A DNA stretch of 64,000 nt from an uncultured Planctomycetales bacterium (GTDB lineage Bacteria; Planctomycetota; Phycisphaerae; UBA1845; Fen-1342), in contig CAZNFA010000006.1 of NCBI GenBank assembly GCA_964572345.1, positions 89,437 through 153,436 on the forward strand, given 5' to 3'. This document shows, piece after piece, positions 20,701-30,275 of this stretch; position 1 is the first letter of the stretch; each line of letters starts with the position of its first letter. The notes beneath the pieces were generated by a model that was not told the DNA's origin, did not search any database, and was given only the letters and a program-made list of their open reading frames with translations. A program made the translations under genes and the position numbers.

Positions 20701-22088
20701 TGCAGCCGTGCGACCAGGCGGCTTGCGCGGGGGAGATGGTGCAGTTCGAGGTAGAGGCTTCTGAGGCTGGGGGCTCCGGCGTCGTGAACACCATCGGCTC
20801 GGCGGGCAGCTCGGGCACCGGCGCGTTCGTACGCGGCAACTACTACTCCGTCAGCTCGACGACCACGCTGACCCGCATCGAGCACTACCTGAACATCACC
20901 GTGACCGGGTCGCTCGTGTTCTTTGTGTATGAGGCCCCAGTAGACCAGCAGAACCAGTACACGTTGATCGCCGAGGACCGCGTGGCCGATTCGGGTACCG
21001 GAGAAGGGTTCTACGCCTCCGGCCCGTTGAACGTGACGCTGGAGGCGGGCAAGTACTACATCATCGGCACGGGCTGGCCGAGTTCGCACAGGTACTACTG
21101 GGGCGGCTCACACCCGCAAACGACCGCGTTCGGTCAGTCGCTCTACGGCTATGCCGGGCAGTACCAGGACCCCCTGCCGCAGATCGCGCCGTACAACACG
21201 TCCACCGTCGTGCACCACCAGCGCTTGACGACCAGCAACGCGACACTGTCGTACCAGTGGCGTAAGGACGGTGAGGATATCTTGGACGCCACCGAGCCGG
21301 TGTACACGATCGACCCGGTCACAACGGATGATGCCGGCTCGTACGATGTGCTGGTGAGCACCGACTGTGGCTCGGTGACCAGCGATCCGGCCGCGCTCAC
21401 GGTGGAGAGCCCGCCGGCGATCACACAGCAGCCGACCGACCAGGCCGCGTGCATCGACGGCCCGGTCACGTTCCAGGTCACCGCCGTCGGCAGCACGCCA
21501 CTGACCTACCAGTGGCGGAAAGACGGCGAGGACATCGACGGCGCGACGCAGAGCTCGTACACGATTGACGCGGTTTCCACCGAGGATGCCGGCGAGTACG
21601 ACGTGGTGGTCAGCAACCCGTGCGGTTCGCAGACCAGCGAGCCGGCGACGCTGACGGTCACCGACGTGGGGCCGTCGATCACCGAGCACCCCGCGGACCA
21701 GATCGTCTGCGAAGGCGACGCCGTGATCTTCACCGTGGTCGCCGAGGGCGACGGCCTCAGCTACCAGTGGCGCAAGGACGATGAGGAGATCCCCGGGGCG
21801 ACGGAGTCATCGTACACAATCGACTCAGTTTCGCTCGCCGATACGGGTAACTACGACGTGGTCGTCACCAATCCGTGCGGGTCGGAAACCAGCGAGGCGG
21901 CGACGCTGGGCGTGGCCGAGCGGCCCGCCGGCGACCTCGACCTCGACGGCGACGTGGACCACGCCGATCTGGGGATTCTCCTGGCAAGTTGGGGAATCGA
22001 CGACGGCGGCGACCTCGATGGCGACGGCGACACCGACCACGCCGACCTCGGCATCTTCCTAGCCAACTGGGGCCGCACCTGCCTCTGA
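17775..22088 (+). CDS. Giant secreted Ig-like-repeat protein with C-terminal dockerin-like repeats
   Basis: 1437 aa with a signal peptide. There are ~12 repeats of ~90 aa with the conserved pattern P.IT.QP.DQ..C.G..VTF.V.AEG..LSYQWRKDG..IPGAT.S.YTID.V...D.G.YDVVV.N.CGS.TSD.A.L.V. Two copies of an inserted ~140-aa domain (...GNAYAVTTPALLTRIEHYLDIT...RYYWGGSHPQ...). C-terminal DLDLDGDVDHADLGILLASWG / DLDGDGDTDHADLGIFLANWG is dockerin-like. RBS AGGAGGTGAGGC before the ATG. Confidence 0.85.
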   Translation: MKRCSSRRLSLVVIGMLALGWLGSQPAADLNSPHAAAAAAAWPLCDPPVIITHPESVTLCEGLAAEFSVEATGTEPLGYQWRKDGVELADDDRVSGSLTDTLTIDPVTPGDAGDYDVFVQNACGDATSDPATLTVDALPVIIEQPTDENVCAGDAVMLTVIAEGAEPLSYQWRKDGVEIDGATESSYAIDPVTVDDAGDYDVVVSNECDTTTSDAATLFVGLPEITEHPASQSVCNGARVTLAVNALGGDTVITEDTIGSTEDPSHGARIRGNAYAVTTPALLTRIEHYLDITTPGTIIFFVYEANDSEAPYTLILEETVADAGPGEGFYASNPVYVPLRAGRYYIIGAAWPGDHRYYWGGSHPQPTSFGQTISGYAVPYEYPLPDDPSPTSNNVPRQRLTTTATSLLFQWRKDDEDIPGATDQVYVLESALPADTGDYEAVVTNDCGSTISDAAAVIVAEAQPTIVQQPADQAACVGEPVTFTVVAEGGGLSYQWRKNSAEIEGATESVYTIDQVSGADQGQYDVLVSNGCGSITSAAATLSVASAAPSITRQPTDQAACDGGSATFTVVAAGNWLGYQWWKDNEEIPGATESWYTIDPVSSLDEGYYEVVVSNACGSVASDVAVLTVVELGPTITQQPSDVDACEGGSATFTVAADGEELSYQWRKGAQDIPGATESSYTIDPLSEADEGTYDVVLTNPCESVTSDSAELTVDSGPTITEHPVGQTGCEGNQVTFTVTAEGEVIGYQWRKDDEEIPGATGPSYTIDPVYPSDAGDYDVLVSNDCGTIASDTATLVVVSGEPAIIEQPLSQTVCEGVEVTFSVTAEGDLLSYQWRKDGDEIPGANDSTYVIGAVSTDDDASYDVVVSNACGTATSDAATLTVQTWPSITEHPADQHKCTDESVTFHVTAEGTEPLSHQWRKDGQDIPGATSDTYTIDPLSYEDAGSYDVMVTNTCGSVLSNAAVLTVSAGAQIDVQPCDQAACAGEMVQFEVEASEAGGSGVVNTIGSAGSSGTGAFVRGNYYSVSSTTTLTRIEHYLNITVTGSLVFFVYEAPVDQQNQYTLIAEDRVADSGTGEGFYASGPLNVTLEAGKYYIIGTGWPSSHRYYWGGSHPQTTAFGQSLYGYAGQYQDPLPQIAPYNTSTVVHHQRLTTSNATLSYQWRKDGEDILDATEPVYTIDPVTTDDAGSYDVLVSTDCGSVTSDPAALTVESPPAITQQPTDQAACIDGPVTFQVTAVGSTPLTYQWRKDGEDIDGATQSSYTIDAVSTEDAGEYDVVVSNPCGSQTSEPATLTVTDVGPSITEHPADQIVCEGDAVIFTVVAEGDGLSYQWRKDDEEIPGATESSYTIDSVSLADTGNYDVVVTNPCGSETSEAATLGVAERPAGDLDLDGDVDHADLGILLASWGIDDGGDLDGDGDTDHADLGIFLANWGRTCL

Positions 22089-22102
22089 CAGTGCCGCGGG
22101 CC

Positions 22103-23434
22103 TCACTCGTCCCGATGCTCGAAGGGCGGCTTGGCGATCAGCATCGGCCGGCGCTGGGCGACGTTGACCAGCAAGCCTAGCGCCAGGAAATTCGCCCACA
22201 GACTGCTGCCGCCGTAACTGACGAACGGCAGTGTCATCCCCGTGATCGGGGCCAGGGCGAGGGTCATGCCGATGTTGATCAGAGCTTGGGCGACGATCAT
22301 GATGACGACGCCCACGGCAAGGAGCCGACCGAACGGGTCGTTGGTAACAGTGGCCACCTCGATGCCGCAGATCACGATCACGCCGTAAGCCACCAGGATC
22401 AGCAGGCAGCCGACGAAGCCCCATTGGTGGCCGATGACGGCGTAGATGACATCGTTGTGTTTGTCGGGCAGGAGATCGTAGCGGACGAAGACTCCCTGGC
22501 CGTAGCCCTGTCCGGTTACCCCACCGGTCCCCAGCGCGATTTTGGACTGGCGTAGCTGGTAGCCGGGCCCCCGGTGCCAGAGTTCGTCGTCCACGTTCTG
22601 TTTGAACACGGCCTGAACACGCTTCTTCTGGTACTCCTCCATGCCATAGTAGTAGACAGCCGGCAGCGTCGCCACACCCAGCAGCACAATGGTCACCAGG
22701 TGCCGCAGCCGAGCCCCGGCCACAAACAGCATGGCAAACAGAACGGGCAGCAGCATCAGCACCGTGCCGAGGTCGGGCTCGACCAGGATCAGCGCCATCG
22801 GCAATACCGTCAGCAGGAACGGGGCGGGCAGCCCGCGCCAACGCCGGTACGACTTGCGGAAGCGCAGATAGCGTGCCAGCGCGAGGATCAGGGCGAGCTT
22901 CATGAACTCCGATGGCTGAAGGGACAGCGGGCCCAATGCGATCCAACGCCAGGCGTTGCGGCGCTCCGGTATGAACGGCAGATCAAATCCAAGCCGCCTG
23001 CCGAACTTGTCGAGCACCAGCAACACCAGCAGCGCAACGACGAGCCAATAGAGCAGATAGGCGTAACGGCCGATTTTCTGGTAGCTGGGCCGCTGGACGA
23101 TGAACAGCAGGCCAATGCCGGTGAGAGCATACAAGGCTTGTCGCGCCGTGCGCGCCCCGACCGCTCCGTAGGCGCGCCGGAACCAGCTCATCTCAGCCGC
23201 CGCCGGCTGGCCGGGTGTGCCAATCTCAACGGTCTTGGCAATGCTGCGGTCGGTGGCGTGGATAGTCGCGAGGCCGGTGAGTGTCAGGAACAGCACCGGA
23301 ACGGCCAGCCCCCAGCCCAATCTGGTCAGGTTAAGCACCCGCCGCTGGTCCACGAGCCTTAAGGTAAGCGCCAAACCGGACCAGGTCGCGCCCCGATCGC
23401 TCACCTGTCGCCCGATGCCGTCGGCCGCTCGCAT
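22103..23434 (-). CDS. rodA: SEDS-family peptidoglycan glycosyltransferase RodA
   Basis: Multi-TM protein. The C-terminal signature GMTLPFVSYGGSSLWANFLALGLLVNV is typical of FtsW/RodA. It lies immediately downstream of PBP2, with start and stop overlapping. Confidence 0.85.
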   Translation of the reverse strand: MRAADGIGRQVSDRGATWSGLALTLRLVDQRRVLNLTRLGWGLAVPVLFLTLTGLATIHATDRSIAKTVEIGTPGQPAAAEMSWFRRAYGAVGARTARQALYALTGIGLLFIVQRPSYQKIGRYAYLLYWLVVALLVLLVLDKFGRRLGFDLPFIPERRNAWRWIALGPLSLQPSEFMKLALILALARYLRFRKSYRRWRGLPAPFLLTVLPMALILVEPDLGTVLMLLPVLFAMLFVAGARLRHLVTIVLLGVATLPAVYYYGMEEYQKKRVQAVFKQNVDDELWHRGPGYQLRQSKIALGTGGVTGQGYGQGVFVRYDLLPDKHNDVIYAVIGHQWGFVGCLLILVAYGVIVICGIEVATVTNDPFGRLLAVGVVIMIVAQALINIGMTLALAPITGMTLPFVSYGGSSLWANFLALGLLVNVAQRRPMLIAKPPFEHRDE

Positions 23435-25599
23435 TACAGATCCTCGCGCTCCAGCAGGCTTTCGGCGATGCGTTGCGCCACCGGGCCGGCCACGCGGCCG
23501 CCGCTACCGCCGAACTCGACGATCACACTGAACGCATACACCCGTCCGCGCGGGGCGGCACCGCGTGTGGTCTCCGCCGGCTGCGTGTAGCCGACGAACC
23601 AGGCGTGGGAAGGGTCCTCCGCGTCGGCCGGCGGAAAGAGCTCGTGGATCGAATCGGCGATGACCTCCGGCTTGGGCTCGCCGAAGCGGGACAGGGCGTC
23701 GCGCTTCGAGACCGCGGTAACCTCCTCGGTGCGGCCGTCGGGCCAGCGCAGGACGTACTTCTTGCGGATCACGCGGCGGGAGGCCTGGGCCGAACCGGTT
23801 TTGCCACACATCTCGAAGTCGCTGAGCCGGAGCTTGGTCCGCCAGGCCGTCCCCCCACGCTCGTTCACCACCCGCCACATGCCGACGCGCAGCGGGTGCA
23901 GGACGCGTTCGTCGAACTGCACGGCGGGCGGGGGCGGCGGGCCCACCCGGCTGCCCGCTTCGTCACGAACCAGCACCACCGGTTCCCAACGACCGGCCGC
24001 GACGGTCGCCGCGACATTGGCGGCCTGTAAAGGCGTCGCCGATACCTCGCCCTGCCCGATCGAGAAGTTCCACGCGTCGGCCGGGCGAACGTGCGGATCG
24101 CGCCCGCGGTGTTCGACGATCCACTGCGAGGTCGGCACGATGCCGACGCTTTCCTCGATCAGCCCGGTGCCCTGCGTACGCCCCAGACCGAAACGCGCGA
24201 ACCACGCGCAGATCCGATCAACCCCCAGCCGGCCGCCGACGGTGTAGAAGTAGATGTTGCAGGAGTTGCGGATGGCGTCCTCGGCGTTCTGACCGGCAGG
24301 ATTGTACGCATCGTGCGTCGTCTGGAACTGGTTATAGATCCAGCAGCGAAACTTGTTGGGTTGATTGGGCAGCAGGTGCCCGCGGCAGTGGATACGCTCC
24401 TGCTCCGTGACCACGCCGTCGCCCAGCGCCCCGACCAGTGTAATGGCCTTGCAGGTGGAGCCCGGCGGGTAATGCTCCGCGACCGGCCGAAAACGCAGCG
24501 GCATCCAGCGAGTGTCCCGCCGCAGCCGGTCGTAGTCCGCCGAGAAAGTGTCGTAGCGGTAGGCGGGATAGCTGACCAGCGCGAGCACCTCGCGCGTCGC
24601 CACGTCGATCACCACCGCCGCGCAACCCGCCGGAAACGGACGCCGGTCTTCCTCTCCCGGCGGCACGTAGCCCTGCTCGAACATCTCGTAGATCTGACTT
24701 TGCAGGTCGGCGTCGATGGTCAGGTACACATCGCGGCCGCGGATGGCGTCGGTGTGCTCGAGCTCCCGTTGGTCGAAATCCTCGACGATACGGCCGCGTG
24801 TGCCGCGCAGGATCGGCTCTGCCAGCCGCTCGACGCCGCTGACGCCGCACATGTCGCCCGATCGCAGCCGCCGCAACTCGTCATCGCTCAGCGAATCTTC
24901 CTCGATCCGCTCGGAACTGGCCGCCCCCACGCGACCCAACACGTGAACGACCGGCTCAGCTTCGTACGCAACCCGATTAGTGCTTGGCACCACCCGGAGC
25001 AACGGATACTTCATCCACGGCGATGATTCGAGTTCCAGACGCACCGCCAGTGCCACCGCGTCGTCCGCCCCCTCGATCAATGGGTGCAGCCAGCCCTCTT
25101 CCTTGACCGGCTCGAGAACGCCCGTTCGCCGGGCGTGATGCGCCCGAATACGCTCGACCCGGGCCTGGATGCGGTCTTTGCGCTCGACGAGCTCGTACAG
25201 CGGGCGGCCGGTTAGCTCAGACAGGCGTTGCCACATGCGGACGATGTCCACGCGGCGCAGTTCGTCGGCAATCTCGCGGATGGTGTTGTCCTTGTCCGCG
25301 TCGCCACGTTTTTGCAGTTCGCGAGCCACCAGGTCCAGGTAATGCGGCCGCCCGGTAAGCACGCCGTAGTGCATGCAAATGTCAGCAGCAGGCAGGTCGG
25401 CCACGAGCGGCCTACCTTGACGGTCTCGAATCGTCCCGCGTGGCGCCGGTAGAAGGCGGACGGTTTCTGTCATCAGCCGCGTCGCTAGGGCCTCATACTC
25501 GTCGGCGTGCAAGAGTTGGACGTCCACCAGCCGCACGACGATGCCGACCACGAGTGCGGCTAGTACGGTGAGGAGAACCTTGAGGCGACGCTCAAACAC
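23434..25599 (-). CDS. mrdA: Penicillin-binding protein 2 (peptidoglycan D,D-transpeptidase)
   Basis: PBP dimerisation and transpeptidase domains with an SxxK motif (PPGSTCKAITLVGAL). Start placed at a GTG (VFERRLKVLLTVL) preceded by AGGGAGG. The track ORF extends to a GTG at 25767. Confidence 0.8.
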   Translation of the reverse strand: MFERRLKVLLTVLAALVVGIVVRLVDVQLLHADEYEALATRLMTETVRLLPAPRGTIRDRQGRPLVADLPAADICMHYGVLTGRPHYLDLVARELQKRGDADKDNTIREIADELRRVDIVRMWQRLSELTGRPLYELVERKDRIQARVERIRAHHARRTGVLEPVKEEGWLHPLIEGADDAVALAVRLELESSPWMKYPLLRVVPSTNRVAYEAEPVVHVLGRVGAASSERIEEDSLSDDELRRLRSGDMCGVSGVERLAEPILRGTRGRIVEDFDQRELEHTDAIRGRDVYLTIDADLQSQIYEMFEQGYVPPGEEDRRPFPAGCAAVVIDVATREVLALVSYPAYRYDTFSADYDRLRRDTRWMPLRFRPVAEHYPPGSTCKAITLVGALGDGVVTEQERIHCRGHLLPNQPNKFRCWIYNQFQTTHDAYNPAGQNAEDAIRNSCNIYFYTVGGRLGVDRICAWFARFGLGRTQGTGLIEESVGIVPTSQWIVEHRGRDPHVRPADAWNFSIGQGEVSATPLQAANVAATVAAGRWEPVVLVRDEAGSRVGPPPPPAVQFDERVLHPLRVGMWRVVNERGGTAWRTKLRLSDFEMCGKTGSAQASRRVIRKKYVLRWPDGRTEEVTAVSKRDALSRFGEPKPEVIADSIHELFPPADAEDPSHAWFVGYTQPAETTRGAAPRGRVYAFSVIVEFGGSGGRVAGPVAQRIAESLLEREDL

Positions 25600-25840
25600 G
25601 ACGAGCCTCCCTGCCCGACGGGGACCGAACCGGCATCTCCCAGCACCTGCTATCGTCTCCGGTTCAGCTTGGGGTGTCCAGCGATTGACCCGGCCACGCG
25701 GCAATGGCCACTTCCGCTTGGCAGAGCTAGCGCTGTGTAGTATCCTGTGTACGCTGCTGGAAAGCACGGCGGCGCCGTAGGCCCAGCGCCGGCCACCAGG
25801 GAAGCGCAGGTCTTCTCTCGAGAAGCGGAGGGTCTATGTT

Positions 25841-28714
25841 ATGCATCGTACCTACAGGCAATCGCATGCCAGTTCCGGCCTCGGATGTCATCGCAGCACT
25901 CGCGTAGCTGTCGGAGTACTGTTTCCGCTCGCTGCCGTGCTGGTGACCTCCGGCTGTACCGCGAGCGGCCTGTGCCGGCGGGCCGACCAGTACCTTGCCC
26001 AGGGCGAACTCGAAAAGGCAATTGCGACCTGTACGCGGGCGATCCAGTGGTATCCGCGCCACGCGCCGGCACACGACCGCCGCGGCGTCGCTCGGCACCG
26101 TCTCGGCGAAGCCCAGCGCGCCCTCTCGGATTTCAGTCAGGCCATTGAACTCGATCCCGAGCTACCATCCCCCTACCGTCACCGCGCGTCCGTACGCTTG
26201 GAGCTAGACGATTGGGATGGTGCCATCGCCGACTGCTCTCAGGCGATTGCGCTCGCGCCGGACGACGCGAGCAGCTACACGACGCGGGGGGCCGCATGGG
26301 AAAAGAAGGGCCTTCCGGAAGATGCGTTGGCGGATTACAGCCGGGCCGTCGCGGTGAAGCCCGATCACGCGCCGGCTTACTTCAACCGCGGACGTCTCCA
26401 CAGGATCGCCGGGCGCCGCGCTGAAGCGATCGCGGATCTCGACCGCGCTATTAAGGCTGACGCCACTCTCGCAGCAGCCTTCGGCACACGCGGACAGTGC
26501 TGGCTCGACCAAGAGGACCACGACAGGGCGCTGGACGACCTGGACCGCGCCATTGAGCTGGCCCCGAAGAAGGCCTGGCTGCACTTGCTCCGGGGCCTGG
26601 CCTGGAAGCACAAGGGCGACCTGGACCGCGCCGCGGGTAACTATCGAGCGGCCATTGAAATCTCTCCGAACTATGCCACTGCGCACAACAGCCTGGGCAA
26701 TGTGTACCTGGCCAAAGGCCAGCTCAAGCAAGCCCGGGAGGCGTACGACCGGGCGATAGAGGCCGACCCACAACTCGCACTGCCCCATTACAACCACGGC
26801 GAAGTATCGCGCCGCCAGGAAAACTGGGAACGGGCAATCGAGGAGTATACCCGGGCGATTGAACTCGACCCGGATTACTGGAAGGCGCCCTTCTACCGTG
26901 GCATCTGCCGGCGGGAGCTGCACCGGTACCGAGAATCGCTCGAGGATTTCACGCGCTGCCTCGAACTCCACCCCGACGACGCGGAGACTTATTGCAGCCG
27001 CGCGTCGACCTATATTCACAAGGGCGACTACGGCAGCGCCCTGGATGACATAGGTCGTTCCATCGAACTGAACCCCGGCTCCGCGCGGCCGTACAACCTA
27101 CGCGGCTACGTCTATCGCAAAATGTCTGAACGCCGTCTGTACTGGCCGCACGCGGAGAACGAACACGACGCAGATGGGTCCAAGTGGATCATTTGGCACC
27201 ATAGCCGGCTGGCAGAGAAGGCTCTGGCCGACTTCAACAAAGCGGTCGAGCTGAACCCCGACCACTGCGGCGCGCGTTTCAATCGTGGTTATCTTCTGGC
27301 AGAGCGCGATGAGTACGACAAAGCGCTCGCCGATTACGCCGCAGCAACCGCGATCGGAAAAAACCCGGAGAAATCGTATACGGGACGCGGGCGCACCCAT
27401 TACCTCATGGGGGACTACCAGGGCGCTCTGGCGGACTTGAACGAGGCGCTGCGCCTGAACCCGCGACACGTGAAGGCCTACCGTTATCGCGCGAAAGTAC
27501 GCTGCGAACTGGGTGAGTATGAGCATGCCATCGCCGACTACAACAAGTGCATCGAGCTCGACCAGCGCTACTGGTTCGAGTACCACCACTACCGCGGTCG
27601 CGTCCGGCTGAAGCAGGGCGACTACGCGGGCGCCTGCGAAGATTTCACCAGCGCGATCGAGAACGGCTTTCGCTTCGCCTCCGCATACTTCTGGCGTGGG
27701 TACGCGTTCGAGAAGCGCAAGCTATTCGATGACGCCTTGCGGGACCTGACCCGCAGTCTTGAAATCGATCCTACTTACTACGATGCCTACCATCACCGCT
27801 CTTTCGTCTGGGGCAAGAAGGGGGAGTACGACCGCGCCATCGCCGACTCAAGCCGCTGCATCGAGCTGAAACCCTCCCGGGCGGCCATCAATTACGCCCG
27901 ACGCGCTTACGCCTGGGCGCGCAAAGAGCAATACCAGCAAGCAATCGCCGATTTTGACCGGGCACTGGCCTTGGCGCCGGATCGCGCCGAGACATGGTTC
28001 TGGCGCGGTAGAACCTGGGCATGGGCCGGGGAACCGCAGAAGGCCATCGCCGACTACGGACGGGCGCTTGAGCGCAAGCCCAAGTACGTCAGGGCACTCT
28101 ATCGCCGCGGGTGTGCCTGGGGAACGCTACAAGAATTCGACCGGGCGCTGACGGACCTTGGGCGCGCGATCGCGCTCGATCCTGAACACGCGGACGCCTA
28201 CATGCAGCGTGGCTGGACACAAACGCAAATCGGCAAGTTCGAGGCAGCGATCGCGGACTACGAGAAGGCCAGCGCGCTGCGGCCGGAATGGGCGTCGCCG
28301 TTCAAAGGCCGCGCGGCCGCCTGGGACGAAATCGGCGAGTACGAGCGCGCTGTGCTCGATATCAACCAGGCGATCGAACTCGACGCCGAGGACCCGGAGA
28401 GCTTTCGCATTCGCGGCGATATCCGTGTGAACCGTGGGGAGTATCAACTGGCGCTGGAAGACTACGATCACGCGCTGAACCTGGAGCCCAAGGCCGATTT
28501 CCGCGTCTACCGAGGTCGCGCGAAGGCGTGGTTCTACCTCAACGACTATGAGCGGGCCCGGAAAGATGTCCGACGGGTTCAAGAACTTGGCGAAGAGCTA
28601 GAGGGCGAGTTCCTGGAAGCCTTACAGAAAGCCACCAGCCAACCCTCACCGCCTGACCGGCAGCCGCAGGCCAGCCAGCCGACCGCGCCTCCGACCAGCG
28701 GGCCAACGGAGTAA
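25841..28714 (+). CDS. Tetratricopeptide-repeat lipoprotein (about 24 TPR units)
   Basis: 957 aa. The N-terminal VLVTSGCTASGLC looks like a lipobox. The protein then reiterates the 34-aa TPR pattern (A..Y..RG.....G....A..D...AIELDP). Confidence 0.8.
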   Translation: MHRTYRQSHASSGLGCHRSTRVAVGVLFPLAAVLVTSGCTASGLCRRADQYLAQGELEKAIATCTRAIQWYPRHAPAHDRRGVARHRLGEAQRALSDFSQAIELDPELPSPYRHRASVRLELDDWDGAIADCSQAIALAPDDASSYTTRGAAWEKKGLPEDALADYSRAVAVKPDHAPAYFNRGRLHRIAGRRAEAIADLDRAIKADATLAAAFGTRGQCWLDQEDHDRALDDLDRAIELAPKKAWLHLLRGLAWKHKGDLDRAAGNYRAAIEISPNYATAHNSLGNVYLAKGQLKQAREAYDRAIEADPQLALPHYNHGEVSRRQENWERAIEEYTRAIELDPDYWKAPFYRGICRRELHRYRESLEDFTRCLELHPDDAETYCSRASTYIHKGDYGSALDDIGRSIELNPGSARPYNLRGYVYRKMSERRLYWPHAENEHDADGSKWIIWHHSRLAEKALADFNKAVELNPDHCGARFNRGYLLAERDEYDKALADYAAATAIGKNPEKSYTGRGRTHYLMGDYQGALADLNEALRLNPRHVKAYRYRAKVRCELGEYEHAIADYNKCIELDQRYWFEYHHYRGRVRLKQGDYAGACEDFTSAIENGFRFASAYFWRGYAFEKRKLFDDALRDLTRSLEIDPTYYDAYHHRSFVWGKKGEYDRAIADSSRCIELKPSRAAINYARRAYAWARKEQYQQAIADFDRALALAPDRAETWFWRGRTWAWAGEPQKAIADYGRALERKPKYVRALYRRGCAWGTLQEFDRALTDLGRAIALDPEHADAYMQRGWTQTQIGKFEAAIADYEKASALRPEWASPFKGRAAAWDEIGEYERAVLDINQAIELDAEDPESFRIRGDIRVNRGEYQLALEDYDHALNLEPKADFRVYRGRAKAWFYLNDYERARKDVRRVQELGEELEGEFLEALQKATSQPSPPDRQPQASQPTAPPTSGPTE

Positions 28715-28749
28715 CATCGGCGCCGTATGGCTGGAGGCAGCGCAGGCCG

Positions 28750-29691
28750 TCAGTTGAACCGCTCGGGGGCGCGGGTGAGGGCCCCGTACCGGCGCTGCCG
28801 ACTCAGGATCAGCCCCTGCGTTTGCTGCTGACAGTAAGCTCGGAACTGCTGCTCGAGCGCTTCGAGAGGTTTCGCGGACGCGCACTCGAACGAGGGGATG
28901 GCCGACAACGCCTCTGGCTGGATTCCGTTGAAAGCGCGCCTGACCGTGTCCCAGGGGCGCGGATTCTGGGTCCGGTCGTCCCAAAGGAATTGCAGAAACA
29001 CTGCGGCCTGATGACCAAGGCGCCAGTAGGCCTCTGAGTCGATGTCGGTGGCCTCAACGCCGAGCATTGTGCGTAGGGAAAACGGGAGACCACCCGTTGC
29101 CCAGTCGCTCACACCGGCCTCGATATCAGCGACCGCGAACCCCCGCGGTGCTACCTGCTCTGCCACGAAGCCCGCGGCGCCCTCGTCGATCCACGGCAGC
29201 GTAGGTTCCCCGCCTCGCGCGTGATGCCCGAAGGCATGGCATATCTCATGTGCGACTGTGTACCGGAAGTGGGGGTGGCGCGCGTCCCCGGCGACGAGCA
29301 CGACATCGTCGGGCACGAAGTAGCCGGATTGCGGCGGTGGCTCGGTCGATGTCTCGGGCTGCGCCAGCTTGAAGAGGTCAACCATTTCTGTCGGCGTGCC
29401 GCAAAACACAAACACGCGTCGGGGGCCGGGTGCCAGCACCTGGAACTGGTCCCGCAGAATGCCCTGGACCCTGCGATAGGTATCGTCGATGAGTTGGCGA
29501 AAGGAGTCGCGGTCCGGGGCGGGGGAGCCCATCCAGCAGGCCCGCCAGTCCTCGCCGCGAACCACAAAGCCTTGGTCGGTCCACCCGCAGATCCTGAGGG
29601 TAACCCGCCGCCAGACCTTGCGGAACAGGCGTCGCAGGCTCCGCACGACTCGCCCCGAGCCTCGTCTGTGTCTTGCGGGCATCGTCGGCAT
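28750..29691 (-). CDS. Putative zinc metallopeptidase-like protein (HExxH)
   Basis: 313 aa containing HEICHAFGHH. No further family recognised. Confidence 0.45.
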   Translation of the reverse strand: MPTMPARHRRGSGRVVRSLRRLFRKVWRRVTLRICGWTDQGFVVRGEDWRACWMGSPAPDRDSFRQLIDDTYRRVQGILRDQFQVLAPGPRRVFVFCGTPTEMVDLFKLAQPETSTEPPPQSGYFVPDDVVLVAGDARHPHFRYTVAHEICHAFGHHARGGEPTLPWIDEGAAGFVAEQVAPRGFAVADIEAGVSDWATGGLPFSLRTMLGVEATDIDSEAYWRLGHQAAVFLQFLWDDRTQNPRPWDTVRRAFNGIQPEALSAIPSFECASAKPLEALEQQFRAYCQQQTQGLILSRQRRYGALTRAPERFN

Positions 29692-29714
29692 TACGGTTCG
29701 TCCGCTCGAAGAGA

Positions 29715-30275
29715 AAGCGGCAGAGCAGGCCTGTAAGCCGGATTCTGTACCCGCCGCGATTGCGGCGGGCGGCGGCCATTCGTCTGGGCCCGCCGTTGCC
29801 GACGGGCTCGAGCGCCCTACCCGGGGCTGGCTAGCGAGCCGGGCCGGCTCATCGCCCCCTACTTGGGCTTGCTGGCGGTGGGGTTTGCCCTGCCGTCCCG
29901 ATCACTCGGGACGCGGTGCGCTCTTACCGCACCATTTCACCCTTGCCTGTGCGGGGTGACAAGGTGACAACGTCACAAGGTGACAGATGAGTGCCCGGCA
30001 GCCTTTGCTAGCCGGTGCGAGCGACGCCGAGGGTCACCAAGCCTTTGTCACTTTGGCACGTTGTCACCTTGTCACTCCCGCCATCGGCGGTGTGGTTTCT
30101 GTGGCACTTTCCCTAGGATCGCTCCCGGTGGCCGTTAACCATCACCGTGCCCTGTCCAGTCCGGACTTTCCTCCCTTGACACGCCGCCGCGGGCTCCGCC
30201 CGTCGCTGCAACGCAGCGAGCCGCGCGAAGCGCGGGGCGGCGTGTCAAGGGCGACCGCCCGGCCCACTCTGCCGT
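29715..30275 (-). ncRNA. rnpB: RNase P RNA (bacterial type A) with a large inserted hairpin
   Basis: Minus-strand matches to universally conserved RNase P RNA blocks: GGAAAGUCCGGAC (P4 5' strand, plus ~30160), AGGGUGAAAUGGUGCGGUAAGAGCGCACC (P10-P12, plus ~29920-29948), ACAGAAUCCGGCUUA (P4 3' strand, plus ~29740). A putative P1 forms between GGCAGAGUGGGCC (plus 30261-30273) and GGCCUGCUCUGCC (plus 29719-29731). Boundaries are approximate, to roughly 10 nt. Confidence 0.85.
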
